64,000 bases of DNA from Tetramitus jugosus (taxonomy: Eukaryota > Protista > Heterolobosea): the NCBI GenBank assembly GCA_937625935.1, contig OW569378.1, positions 248,001 to 312,000 of the forward strand, read 5' to 3'. The notes under the pieces are model-generated. The model was not told the DNA's origin and did no database searches. It worked only from the letters and a program-made list of their open reading frames with translations. A program made the translations under genes and the position numbers. Below, one piece after another: positions 32,159 through 45,706 of this stretch (position 1 is its first letter; each line of letters begins with the position of its first letter).

Positions 32159-32414
32159 CGCCTGTTGGCCCTTGGTATGTTGGGAGTAGAATCACGAGCT
32201 ACGAAGCAAGTAACGAGAGGACTAACGAAGAATGGAATGACGAAGGACGTAATAGAGAGAAAAGCCAAACTATTTGTACAGAACACCAAGAGGAGATGTC
32301 TTGAGGTGATGAATGTCATCAAGAGGAAATGCTAGCAACGCTTTGTTGTATGGGTGACGGTCAAGAGTTACTGCATCTACGAGTTTGTTGAGTTATTTAA
32401 CAAACAGAGGATGA

Positions 32415-33324
32415 TTGGTAACAGCACTGCTGCCTCCAAGAGCCGTGTTGATTGCACAAGAACGGGGGGTCGTCCATGGCATGAAGAACATGTCAGTGGA
32501 CGACATCAAGAAGCTACTGGGACCTGATATTGTTGCAAGTGTGCTCAAAAAGCGTGACACTGCTTTCGTGGTCATGGATGATGAAACCTATGCACGAGTA
32601 GTGCTCAGCGGAGAGAACAATGTCAAGGTCACGGTCGCTCGATACGTCGAGAGATTATATGATATACCGGAACAAGAAATTGTAAAAAGAACTTCTCCAA
32701 GTGTCATGTCATATCACGTGCACAACTCAAGAAGCACATTGCAAGTACACTGTTGCACTGTCATCACGTACTGCAACAAACCGTTGACTGTTTCAATCAT
32801 GACTTGAATAAGAGCAACAATAATAATGATCTAATGGAGTCAGACGAACAAAGGAGTGCAACACCACTGCAAATAGTGCCTGTTGCACAGCTCAGCACTG
32901 AAATCGGCTAATCCTGCTCAACAAGGCCCTAAACAAACTCCTCTGTGTCCATCGACGGTCCTAGTACAAGGTTACGCTCTTTGATGAAGGGTTTGGGTTC
33001 ATGTTGGAGTCGTTTGTCCTTCACATTCGAACACATCGTACCTCAAAGAACGGCCAGAACCAATAGTTACAAATGCACCTTTGAGGATTCAATTGGAAAT
33101 CGTGAGGAAAGGGTTGTTGATGTCGCTCTCGAGTACTACGAATTTCAAGCGAGATAAGACCGATAGATCACAGCACCACAACCTAAACACTCACCAACCT
33201 ACAATAGAAACAACAACAACAAGAGAAGAAGAGTGAATGACGCCCACGGGTCGTCACTCACAAAACAAGTCAATAAATGAGCAATCTGGGCACAGCAAGT
33301 ACACATGGTTGTATGGAAAAAAAA
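32415..33324 (+). mobile_element. Retroposon family copy B (different internal deletions)
   Basis: Several blocks homologous to copy A, same 3' hairpin (33231-33259), AATAAA and A8 tail; 5' boundary uncertain. Confidence 0.8.
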
Positions 33325-33664
33325 CCGAATTAGTAAAAACCGAAAAGGGAGCTTAGGAAGAGTGGAATAAAGGAGGTGGCCAAGCTGTAGCAGTTTGTGG
33401 ACAACAAGTGATGCCTCGTCTCTTCACAAGCACATACATAAACTTTTTAAGTCTAGTGAAATGACCAACGAGCTGCACAACTTCCTTCTAGGTGTGGCGT
33501 TGTCGAGACACCCAACCCGGAATGCAAAAAGTCGAGCAAAATTGCGAACCTTTTTTGACGAACATCCAACTCCAAGTGCCTTTCGTCAACAGCTCAAAAA
33601 CCAAACAACAACACAATTCCCTTTTGTCGACCACAAAACGCAACAACATAACACACACAAAAGC

Positions 33665-34816
33665 ATGTCGAATAACACCTCTGCCTCGATCACAAGAAAC
33701 ACTTGTGATATCCTGTACAGTAAGATCCAAGATGAGTCCAGCATGTACGAGTTGCTCAAATATCCCTATGATGCCACGCTGTGGTCCAAATGGTACAAGA
33801 TTTACAAGAATAAGAACAATATGGATGCTGTGAAATGTTTGAGACGTCTAGTCATCAGAGATACACTCAAAGCTTGTGAGTTGAGCTGTTTGAGATACAA
33901 TCGGTTCGATCCGGTCAAGAACAAAGTAGAGAAGATTGCGCTCGTTCCCTCTGTTGATGCCATTCGGGACTGTGCTAAAAATACGCGCATGTATTATGAC
34001 GGAACAACTTTACAATGGAAAAGAACCAGCGAGATGACGGCAAACAAGACAGAGTTGACTGTTGTAAACGAAGATTGTTTGAGTGCTGCCCTGAGATTGA
34101 AGAGCCAAGGATTGAATCCCGTTGTGCTTAACAATGCCTCCATGAGAAGACCAGGAGGTGGTTACATGAATGGAGCTGGTGCTCAGGAGGAGAACCTGTT
34201 CCGTAGATCCACCTATTCTCTATCATTGGTTGATGGAGAACGGTTGGATGATTCAAGGGATTGGAGTTATCCCATTCCTGAGTTTGGAGGTATTTATTCG
34301 CCAGATGTCATGGTTTTCCGAGACACTGAGGACAATGGCTATGCCCATCTCCCAGAACCCATTCCAATGAGTTTTATTGCTGTTGCAGCCTATGTAAGGC
34401 CTCAATTGACTTTGATGGACAAGAAAAAGAAGATTTATCACTTAACGCACAAGTTTGCATCGAAAACAAAGGATAAGATTCGAACAATTCTGCGTATTGC
34501 GCTTCTACATGGTCACGATTCTGTAATATTGGGTGCATTTGGATGTGGTGCCTTCTGTAATCCTCCAGAGCATGTTAGTATGTTGTTCGATCAAGTTTTG
34601 TTTGAAGAAGAAGAATTCATTGGAGTGTTCAAGCACGTTTGCTTTGCTATCATTGAGGATGCGAACTCAAAGGGAAAGGTACATAATCCAAATGGAAACT
34701 TTGCACCATTCGAGAAGGTGTTTCGCCAACGATCAGCGCAACTAGAGGAAGGAGATGACTATCAAAACGAGAATGATGAACTTTTAGATGAAGATGAGCT
34801 CGAAGATCACATATAA
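33665..34816 (+). CDS. Bacterial-type poly(ADP-ribose) glycohydrolase (DUF2263/TIGR02452 macrodomain)
   Basis: VLNNAS...PGGGY..GAGAQEENLFRRS, IYSPDV.VFR and ILGAFGCGAF.NPP; start could be upstream at 33461. Confidence 0.9.
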   Translation: MSNNTSASITRNTCDILYSKIQDESSMYELLKYPYDATLWSKWYKIYKNKNNMDAVKCLRRLVIRDTLKACELSCLRYNRFDPVKNKVEKIALVPSVDAIRDCAKNTRMYYDGTTLQWKRTSEMTANKTELTVVNEDCLSAALRLKSQGLNPVVLNNASMRRPGGGYMNGAGAQEENLFRRSTYSLSLVDGERLDDSRDWSYPIPEFGGIYSPDVMVFRDTEDNGYAHLPEPIPMSFIAVAAYVRPQLTLMDKKKKIYHLTHKFASKTKDKIRTILRIALLHGHDSVILGAFGCGAFCNPPEHVSMLFDQVLFEEEEFIGVFKHVCFAIIEDANSKGKVHNPNGNFAPFEKVFRQRSAQLEEGDDYQNENDELLDEDELEDHI

Positions 34817-34855
34817 ATTAAGCATACCAATGGATTGTTTGCCAAAAGTTACAGT

Positions 34856-37128
34856 TTATTGTGTGGCCTTATTCAACATGTTGTCCAAGTTGAATGCGGC
34901 AGAGATCAGCTGAATATGAGTGAATGCTTGAGGGAAATTTCCGAGTGCAATACCACTGAAGGAGATCTCCTCAGAATAAAGTCCCAAGTGATTGCTGTAT
35001 GTCAGCATTTGTTCAAACATCAAATGAGCTTCATGCAATTTGTTCGGATCTGAGATACTTGCTCTTGTCAATGCTTCAATCAAAAAGAATGTACACATGC
35101 TGAATGTGCCCTCTTGACTTCCCGCAAATCCATCATCTGTCTTTGATGCGTCATATCTGTACACAAGAGAACTGGAGACTAATCCATTCTGCTCAGGTGG
35201 TCTATTGATAGCATCAATTGTACCGAGCATCATTGGATCATTTGGTGCGATAAATTTGACCAATGGCAAGATAAGAGTAGAGGCATCCAATGTGTCGGAG
35301 CCATAATACTGTGTAAATGCCTTGAGGTCTTTGTTGTAACCGTGCTCCATAATGTCCTCATAAATTGTGTCTCTGACCTGGATCCACTTACTCTGTTCAC
35401 AAGGGAAGGATCTGAGTTGTGCAATACGAACACCTCTGTCAATTGCTACCCAGCACATGACCTTGGAATAAATAAAGTGTTGCTTACCACCACGCACCTC
35501 CCAGATGCCCTCGTCTCTTGTCTTCCAATTATCGCACACCCAGTTGACAATATTTCTCAGATAGACCCAAACATCATAAGAAATAGGTGCTCCGTGCTTG
35601 TCGTAAATATACATTGAATCCATCAACTCACCATAAATATCCAACTGCAATTGATCATAAGCACCGTTACCAATTCTAACAGGCTTAGAGTTCATGTAGC
35701 CTGATAAATGATCCAAGGTCTCTTCAGTGAGAACATGAGATCCATCGATGCCATACATGACCTGAAGTGGTGGAGGTCGAGTCAACACTTCTCCATTGCT
35801 CAACTTGACTTCAGAAGAGCCAACTTGCTTGGCTTGCTCTGCAAATTTGGCCTGCATCTCCTTACATCTCTCCTCCAAGAACCTGATAAAGTTGGCTGCT
35901 TCTTCCTTGAATCCAATTCTCAAGAAAATGTAAAGAGTGAAGGAAGCATCACGGATCCAAGTGTATCGATAATCCCAATTTCTTACTCCACCGATATCTT
36001 CGGGCAATGAACACGTAGGACTAGCAATAATAGCACCTGTTGGTTCAAAAGTCATCAACTTCAATGCCAAGACACTTCTGCGCACCATTTCTCTCCATCG
36101 ACCATGATAGGTACACTTTTCTAACCAAGTGTGCCAATAGCTAATCGTTTTATCAAACAATTGTCCAACAACCTCATTCATCCTTGTTTGAGACGAAAAT
36201 GGATTAATGCTGAGATCCTCAGAAGCATCAATCTTCTCATCATAGGCTTTCAGGACAAAAGTGACCGAGTGTCCCTCAGTGATACAGAATTGAACATCGA
36301 CTGATTTTCCAGACTCTTGATCCAATGCCAAATCAATATCAGACGAATGAAGAACCAAACTGAGATCCTTGCTCTTAAATACAACACTGCTCGTATCGAC
36401 ACTGTCCGATCTTTGAATCACTTGAGCCGTATGCTCATCACGAGCAAAATTGAAGCTTGGACTGCATCGGACACGGAAGCACATGGAACCGTGCACACAC
36501 TCCAACTTTCTCACGATCCAATTCACTCTCTGAGTACCACCAGCGATATTAGGCATAGCAGGAGTCGTAGAGCTACTGTTAATGACACAAGAGGATGAAG
36601 ATCTTGAGAGACCACTGGTCAATGATTGATTGCCCTGAACAACTGGCATAAAATCAACCACTTGACCAATACCTTCCTCTGATAGGAAACGTGTGACCAA
36701 GACATTGGTGTCTGGCCAGTAATGTTGCTTGGATGTGGCATCAGATGCCTCTGCTTGAATCTGGAATTGACCTCCCTTTTCTTCATCCAACACCTTGGCT
36801 GTTTGTTTGACATGACAACCATTGGTTCATCAAACCATTGATCAACAAGTGTAAGTTTGGAATGTTTGATTTTTGAAAGAAGAATCGGATTGATCGACAA
36901 TGATTGTAAAAAGCTTACAAAAAAAAATTTGAGGTTTGTATGTGATCAATGTGTGTGTGACTACCACCACCTGGTTGGGAACTTACCAAAAATACTGGGA
37001 CTGTTAAAGTAAGGGAAACAGCACCAATCAAGAGATCCGTTGACACCGATCAACGCTGCTGTTTGCATGTTACCAATGAGCCCATAGCTATCAATTGGTA
37101 GATAAGGTCCCTTTTCTGTGTTCTTCAT
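34856..37128 (-). CDS. Glycoside hydrolase family 15 (trehalase/glucoamylase-like), 2 exons (37128-36987, 36798-34856)
   Basis: [54 protein letters not shown] and GNFPQAFTH; the intron joins in phase. Confidence 0.93.
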
Positions 37129-37591
37129 TTTTATTGTTATTATTCTATTATACCTTCAAAAACAAATACTGTTGTTGATTGTTGAATATTGTTTTGTCGG
37201 ACACACAAGAGTTGGGATCGTTTTTTTGACAGGGATCTCAACAGGCTGTTGTTTCCAAGGAAACATTGAGTGAAAATTCGGTTTCTGGATCTCTATTTTT
37301 GCCTTTTACAATGATTTGTCGTGGCTGAGCCTTGTATGGATGACGGCCACGGAGACAGCACGTTCATCATCCATATCGCTAGAAACACCCAAAAGTGCGA
37401 TAGAAACACACAAAGGCACAAATTCGTTCAACGTTGATTGAGAGTTCTGGTCAAGGCAGGCAGACGGAGGAAAAATGCACTACATTCCTTCGAAAACTCC
37501 GTCAAAGGGCACAAAAAAAATAGCCAAAGGAATCACAAAAACCAACACACGAAAACACAATCACCTCCCAACCACAACATAAACGATTATC

Positions 37592-40482
37592 ATGACTGAT
37601 ACGACTGTATCGACAACAGAAGCACCAGTAATCGCTGATGCTCCCACCACAGATACTGATCATCCATCATCATTATCATCATCACCATCAGCAACAACAA
37701 AAATGATGACTGATAGCAATAACGGCTCAACATCAACGAACATTATCACCAACAACAACAACAATGGTGATAACGAAACTGCAGTCAATGAATCAGCAGT
37801 CGGTGATCTAACCAATAACAACACCAATAAGCGCACACACTCTCAAAGTATGTTTTTTTCATCAAAAGCTTTTTCATCAACAAATTTTTTTGTCATCAAT
37901 CATCGTTAAAAGCAAACAAACTAACAAGATTCTTTTTCTCGAAAATCAATCATACAGTGATGCAACACTCTAGTGAAAGTCACGATGATCATGACGATGA
38001 CTCCAAGAGTCATGAAACAACAACGACGACTCATCAAAACAAGAGTGCTAAAATGAAGCACAATGAGGAAGAAGAGGAAGACGATGAAATGACGATTGAC
38101 GATGGAGAAGAAGAGTCATCATCCTCTACATTGACTTCTGTTTCCAGTCGTAATCATCAAAATAACAACAATACCACAACAACAACTCCAACGAATACGA
38201 CACCAGCAGTTCCCCCAATGAGTCATCCATCATCATCAACTTCATCTCCCACAATCACTTCTACTTCCAACGATACAACTAACCTCTCCACTACACAAAA
38301 TGATTCTGAAAAACAACAGGAACAACAACATGAATCATCAACAACAAAACCAACAATGATATCTCATCAAAATGATCAACAACAACAACAACAACAACCC
38401 ATTGCATCTACTCCATCCTTGTCAACAACTACTCCAACAGATGCATCTACTACTACAGCAGTTCCATCATCAACAACAACAACAACAACAACAGCATCAT
38501 CTGCTGATGCACCAACAACCACTTCATCAGCTACAACAGTACCTGCGTCGGATTCATCAGCAATGACTGACACAGTAGATCCAGAATCAGTCTCCAATAT
38601 TGACACTGTACAACAACAAAAGAGATTCCCATCTTCAATCAATTACACTGTACTCACACCTGAAAAAATGATTGAGAATCCTATTATCCTTCGTGGATGT
38701 GATGCCAGCACGGTATGTGTATTATGCCTTTTTTCTGTATTTTGTGTTTATTTACAACATTTGCTGACAGTGTATGTGTTTTTGTGTGCTTGTTTTTTTG
38801 ACTATGAAAGATGTGGGACATGAAAGAATTGGTACAATTGAGAGAGAATTTGAAGCAAATGTATGAAAAATCAAAGAGAATCATTCGTATTTACAAGAAG
38901 GATCTACGAAAGATTGATTTTGAGATTGAAAGCAAGCACTTTTTGCCAAAGAGCAAGAGGAGGAGAGACAGCGATAATGCAAGTGACCCAACATCCAATC
39001 ATAACGCAAATGGAACTTCTCCTGAGAAGCAAATGGGCAGAACAACTATTCACTCGATTGACGATTGGAGTGGAGGAGATTCCTGTGATGACGAAGACGA
39101 ATTCTTTGCTCAAGCGAAAAAAGTGAGGCTGTGCGGTTATGTGGACGCAAAGGGTCACACATGCAAGAGAAAGGGATTCTGTCCCTTCCATCACAAGTCA
39201 TACGTTGATCAACAATCGAGTGATATTAGCAGGAGACAAAATTATTATTATAGGCCAATGAGTCGATATGAATTCTTTCATGATTCTGCATATGATGTAA
39301 ATCGAACAATGCTTGCCGCCAACAAGAAAGAAAAGGTATGATGATCAACACTTTATTTTCTTGTGTGTTGGAATGTTTCAGACGATATTAACTCAAATTT
39401 GTTTTTTTTGATTGACTTGTTGTCCATAGCTTGCGTCATTAAAGGTGTCAACTTTGCTTGTTGCTGCTGCTGCTCTTGAGCGTAATTCGATAGAGGAGCA
39501 ACCAGAGCGAAAGGTACAAGAACAAACGGCACAAGTGGATGCGCAACAGTATGAAGGTGATGCACAACATGTTGTTCAACCATTATCTTCACATGATACG
39601 TACACCAATCAACCATTGTCATCCACGTATCAACAACAGCCACATTATGGACCGACTGACACAAACGTGAGTCAACAAACTGCTGTCAATGGTTCTGCTG
39701 CTGTGTCTGGCAATCAGCAACAATCAGCCTACACATCACATCAACAACAGCCTGCATTCCAAGCACATTCAAGATCACAGCAACAACAACCAATGTATGA
39801 GCAACCAAAGTCATCATATTACGAGCACAATGGTAGTCATAATCTACCATGGATCAATTCATCAAATCCTCCCGAGCGTAGCGCGTATCAGTCATCACAT
39901 GCACCAGCGCACCATTATGCCCACCAACAACAACAACAGCAGCCAGCGCAACATCATCACCATCATCATCAACCTGTACCACCAGCCTCCATGTCATCTC
40001 AGAATCGACGGACACATGAAGAATCCTATGGCTTACCTCACACTTTTTATCCATCCGAGTCTTCTCATTCGGCACCTACTGCAGCACCACCTGCTTCGGC
40101 GCCATTGTCTGCATTCCATTCAGCCCTTCATCCCATGCAAGACATGCCTGCAATGAGCAACAGTTATCAATCAAGCACAAGTGCTCCCGCTGCTGATTCC
40201 TCTGGTAATAGGCCATTCAATCTTCCATCATTGCTCTCCTTTGCGCCATCTCAACCCTCTTCCTCTGCAGGCAGAGGTCTCCCAAGCTTCCTCAGTGGCC
40301 CTCCTTCTTCCTCACCAGGACACATTCCATCGTTAAAAGAACTAGGATCGGTACCTCTGGGTAATTTACCATTTGGCCTACCACCTCCAATTGCCTCTTC
40401 CAATCAGAACCAAGAAACGCAAGCAAGACCCACGCAACAACAAGGTGCCTGGGACATGAGCCACGCAAGATACCACGAATAA
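37592..40482 (+). CDS. Low-complexity protein with a Cys/His knuckle, 4 exons (37592-37847, 37958-38712, 38811-39335, 39430-40482)
   Basis: Three GTATG...AG introns preserve frame; CGYVDAKGHTCKRKGFCPFH motif; T/S/Q/H-rich. Confidence 0.7.
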
Positions 40483-40563
40483 AAATTGATCAAACAAAAG
40501 AATAAGTTTTTGCTCGAACACAAAATCACAAAACGGCAACAAAATGATCTGGGCGATGAGAAG

Positions 40564-43500
40564 ATGATTGACGACGATAGAGATTATGAATTTACTGACA
40601 CGAGCAGTAGTGGCAGTGACGAAGAAAGTGAAATGATGGATCAACAGATTATTCCAACACTTGACAAACAGAAGAGTGATGGTCGAGTGATTGCCCACAC
40701 GGATGGCAACCATAGTGAAACAATGGATGACGACATTCAAAGCGCGCATCACAATTGGAGACAACTATTCACACAACAAAAACTGTTTCGAGCGACACAA
40801 GCAAGAAAAACCATTTCTTCGTCGCTCGTCGAGAAGAACGGGGAGAATGAGAAAATTCAAGTCGGCGCCAAATCTACCAAGGATGACCTCTACAGTAAAG
40901 AGAAGAGAGATCTTGTGCAGTTGATACGACAACTGAATGATTTTGCAGTGGATGTTCGCGCAACACAAAAACAATTTGACGAACAGAAAGTGCAACCTGA
41001 AGAAGCTGAAAAGCTTTCTGGTGAAGGAATAGAGGAGGAAGAAGAAGAGTCTGTTTCATGGTCAGAGTGGCTGCAGTCGAACATTGAGATTAGGCAGTTG
41101 AATCAGGAGATGGAACAGTTGGATGAACTGGAGAGGTTTGTCAAGAGCAAAGAACAGGATTTGCTACGTCGTATTGTGTCCATTTCTTCTCCAATGGTCG
41201 CCGATCGATTATTTCCGGAACAAGATAAGCATGCGAGCGGTTCGAATAATGCGGATGACACGTATACAGGTGAAGAGGATGAGTTGCAGACGACTAGGTA
41301 TGCATATACATTTTTACAACGATGATTGTATATATTTGTTTGTGTTCTATTTTGTATTGGAATCATCTAATGAATTAAACATTAAGTTCGATGGCTAATA
41401 ATTGAACAGACGTTATGATACAACATACACGAGTCACTTGAACCGCGCTGCAGAGCTACTATTGAAAGGTGCGTTGCGTTTGCTAAGGCTGAATACTTCA
41501 ATTGATTCGATGGGCATTGAGTGGAGTTCTTCGAGGAGCGACAATGTAGCAGGGACGTCATGTCACAACACATGTAACCAAAGAGATGCAGTGTCAATAT
41601 CGGCCATCCATTTAGAAGATGACTGTTATGGATCAGATTCATCCGCCTCAGATGAAGAAGACTTGTTCTATTCACGTCATCCATTGAAAGATGTGCAAAA
41701 CAATCTCCTGATTCCGTGTCCTACTTCTGCTACGAATTCAGTAGCAAACACAACATCTGATCGTGAGACCTTATTGAAGAAGAGTAAGAGAGATTCAAGA
41801 GTACCTGTCAAACAAAAATCGAACGAAGGAGAAACGAGCTCTATTCAGCCATTAGTAATTACACAGACGATCGAACCAGTGGATCGACAAGTGTTCAACA
41901 AGCAAGGAAAGTTAGTGTACAGAACAGATCAGTTTTTGGATAAGTATCACGAAGGACATCATTTCTATGCTCATTTACCCGATATTAGTATTGGTTCAGA
42001 GTTGCCAGATGGTGGAGTATCTGAAGCAATACGCATTATAGAAGATGAGACAAATGAAGACACAATGCATTCTATATATGGTGTGGAAATGAGTCGAGCT
42101 AGTTGGTTGCACTTCAAAAATTTTGTTCGAAAATTAGTATTTGCTGATTCTGAAAAGGATCAAAACTCAGATGCATGGATCTCTGATCTCTACGATACGA
42201 GAAGTGGGAGCGAACAGATAGATGAATCACAGAAACCAAGAAAAGATACTTTGCCCTGGTATCATAGCGAGACAGAGAAGAATCAGGTCACACACAAAAA
42301 ACCATCACTTGAAGCGCAGGTTAAAGTTTACAAATTGTTATATGGTGTTATTGGGTACGCAGAAACGCTACTGTCAGATTCCTTCCCACCTCTCTATACA
42401 TTGAGTTCATCCAAAGATCTTTATATCCCAGATGGAAAGAATGAGAAAGCGCGAGATTCATTGGAGAATTTGATTAGAGAGATAGAGCTCATGATTGTTA
42501 AAGCACGGACGACAAAGGATAGAGAATGGCTAAGCAAATTGATTAAGTACTTTCAAGATAATTATCACGAAATTTATACGTCGGCTAGAAGCGACATACC
42601 TTCATTATCGTTTGATGAATCTCATTGGAACGATTTGTACGAATTGTCAGAGGACATTGGACAGTATTTTGAAAGATATGGGCCAATTCATAAGCGTGTT
42701 GTCCCATCTCAAACCAATGAGACTGACAGTGTAGCGGGAAGTAGATTGGAAAATCACTATCGAAACTTTACTTTCCCAAAACAATTGGAATCATGGCAAA
42801 GAGTATTGTCTCAGGAGAGTGATTATACTACTTCTCCGATAGTTGAAGAAATTAACAGTATTAAGCAGAGCGATTCGACCGGAGATATCAGAAGCGCCAA
42901 ACATATTGTGGACATAACCCGAGTTGACTCAACATGGACAGGTAATACGCTAGGTGATCTACCAGTACCAATATCGTCAAATTTCAAGACGGATGTAAGC
43001 ATTCCAAAACACAGCCAGCCGTATGATGTTAACCATATCGATTGGGGTAACGCCACAATGTTGACATACAATCCGTATCCACAAAAAGATCATAGCAGGT
43101 CAGATACTAGTATTGCTCGTAGATTCTCACAGTTTTATGATTATGTAGTACTTCAGAGTCATTTGGCCACTAAAAAGGCTCTGTTGTCTGCAAAAAACTT
43201 GACTACATCCCTGATGTTCAGTAACATATCTCAGTCTAAAGGGAAGTTGTCAGCTTCAATGTTGTCCGAGTCGATTTCAGATCCACAACAACGATTTAAA
43301 TTATTACGTCGATTATATCATCAACTATCGGTAGCGTCATCTAATTCTGAACAAGTTGTACCGTTAAATTCAATTCCGTCAATCGATGACCAAGGTAACG
43401 AGATTCCATCAGCTATGGCGCATAAAACACCAGATAATTCTTTCCAATTGAATCAATCAGAGTGGCCTGCTGCTTCTCTTGCTGAGTTTTCATTAGGGAC

Positions 43501-45694
43501 AGATCCGAAATTAATAATGGAAGATATCAGTCAAAGTGCTCACAAAGTAGTGCTCGAGGTCCTAAAACAACACGGATTTCCAGTACCTAATACTCCAAAT
43601 CTGTCCGAGTCATGGATAGATGAGAACACTGAATTGACTAACGACCCCTCTGGCGCAAACGATCAAGAGATATCAATTCACGAGCCTTCTTTCTTATTTC
43701 CAAGAGCGAATGAAATTCGAAAGGAGAGAGAGAAAAAACTCGAGCTTGATTCATTGAAAAAAGAATATGCTCGATTGGAGGCAGATATTCAAAATCGAAC
43801 TTTAAAGTCTGAAGTAGTGCTTGAAACAGAGAAAAAACAATTGCAAGATATGAAAGAAAAAATTAATGCCCAGGAAGAGCAGTTAGGAAAAGTAATCTTT
43901 GAAATATCTCCACTGGAGCAAGCAAAGTTGGAGAGTTGGGGTATATTTGATCAATACTACAACTCCTTACAACACAACAACGGAAGAAGGGAGCGAATGA
44001 CACACCAGGACGATATCCAGGATGATTTTGAGAAACAGTATGAATTTGAGAGGGAGTTGCGACAGCTGGATCAGCTTTTGGACCAGATGAATCGTGATAC
44101 ACGCAAGCAGCTATTAAGTGGTAAAAGCGGTTCTGGTGTCCCTCAGCTGACAAAGGAACAGAGAGAGGCTATCAGAAACTACTCTCAGTTGCGAAACTAT
44201 TATCAACAACAAGTTCGAAGAGATAGCTCTTTGAAGGAATGGCAATCCATGTCTCTATCTGAGAAGATTCAAGTTGAAAAAGAGTATTATCGTTCGAAAT
44301 CTGGTGGACAACCACTCAGAACTGTTGAAGCTAGTGACCAGATTGGTAGCTCATTGATCGTAGGAGGTATACTCGATCGGTTACAAAGTGCTCAGTTTGC
44401 CGAAACACTCATACACATCGCAGGGCAGATGAACTCGGATTCTGATCAAGAGCGAAAAGCCAAACAGCAAATATGGGATAATTTGCAGTTGGAGAAGCAC
44501 AGGATAGAGCAGGTAACCATGGACTTTATATTCTCCCACAACTTGTATTCGAGGGCCAGAGCCTCACAACAGAAGCTCTTTTCCCAACTATCGAGTGAGG
44601 AAAAGATGCTGCGGGAGAAATTTAACTTTAAGAATCACTCAGAATCTATTGACTTGAAGCCAATGCGAAAGCCTCAGGTGGCAAAGGATGCGACTCTTGC
44701 CCAACAATTCGAATTTCCTTCATCTAGCACGCTTGCATTACTCATGAACGAGCTCACAGATGACGAGCTAATCGAACTTTGCCAGATGCAAGTTACTGTC
44801 CAAAATGAATACAAGACATCTCGGTTCACATATGCGCAACGAATATTATACAAGAGATTGTATGTGAGAGAGTTTCAGAAGAAGATGGACGAGTGGACAA
44901 AGAATGCGGAGCAGAAGACTCGATTAACACCCTCACCACGGATGCTCAATAAGTTAGAACCAAACAAGGAGAACAATTCGGAATCTGATTCATTCCTTGG
45001 TAAGTTTTCAATGTTGCCTAATATGACAACAGATGAATGGATGCTCTATATAAAGGGCGAGCGCGAAACCACCAGTAATTCTGACGATGCAATTGTACGA
45101 ATTAATGACACTCTCTTCCCAGAGGTAAGTTGGTCTGGTAAAGATTACTCTGTCTTACAGATGGTCTACTTGAGAGAGCAGCTCAAACGTTCGCACCTTC
45201 CTCAATACACTATATATGCTGCCAATTTTAACGATGAGGAACAATTCTTAACAAGATCATTCTGGAGAGGGGCTTGGATGCTACCTGAAGGTTTATCCAA
45301 CTTTGTTCAGGTGAGGGAGCCTCCTAAACCAATTGTACGTGAGTTGGAGGCACCTCCTCCACCACCTCCAAAGCAGGAGAAGCCAAAGCCTCCTCCTCCA
45401 CCACAGAGAGTGCCCGTGATAACACCAATCATTCAACCAACTGCACCAGTGCAACCCATCCAGCCTGTTCCTCCTCCAATGCCTCCAACACTCCCACCTA
45501 TTAGAACTCCACCTTTACCTCCGATCCGAGTACCTGTTGCTCCTCCTCCTCCCCCTCCTCCTCGTACTCCACCTCTACAGCCTCCTGCTCCTCCTCAACG
45601 CATTCCTGGCAGAGACAGAGTTGTACTTCCAGATTCAACATATCAACAAGCAATATTCCAAGATATACAACGAAGACTCTTTGGAGGACAATGA
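40564..45694 (+). CDS. Large hypothetical protein with Pro-rich C-terminus, 2 exons (40564-41297, 41410-45694)
   Basis: The GTATGC...CTAAT...CAG intron at 41298-41409 joins the 279-aa and 1430-aa ORFs in phase. Confidence 0.7.
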
Positions 45695-45706
45695 TACATG
45701 ATACAT

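Noticed and set aside
17500-33330. Fanzor/TnpB or CRISPR-like array
   Set aside because: No RuvC plus CxxC...CxxC signature in the ORFs read and no regularly spaced repeat-spacer array.
38376-38566. CAA/TCA trinucleotide runs here and at 180-320 and 56130-56380
   Set aside because: Coding low-complexity poly-Q/T/S tracts typical of this genome, not separate repeat elements.
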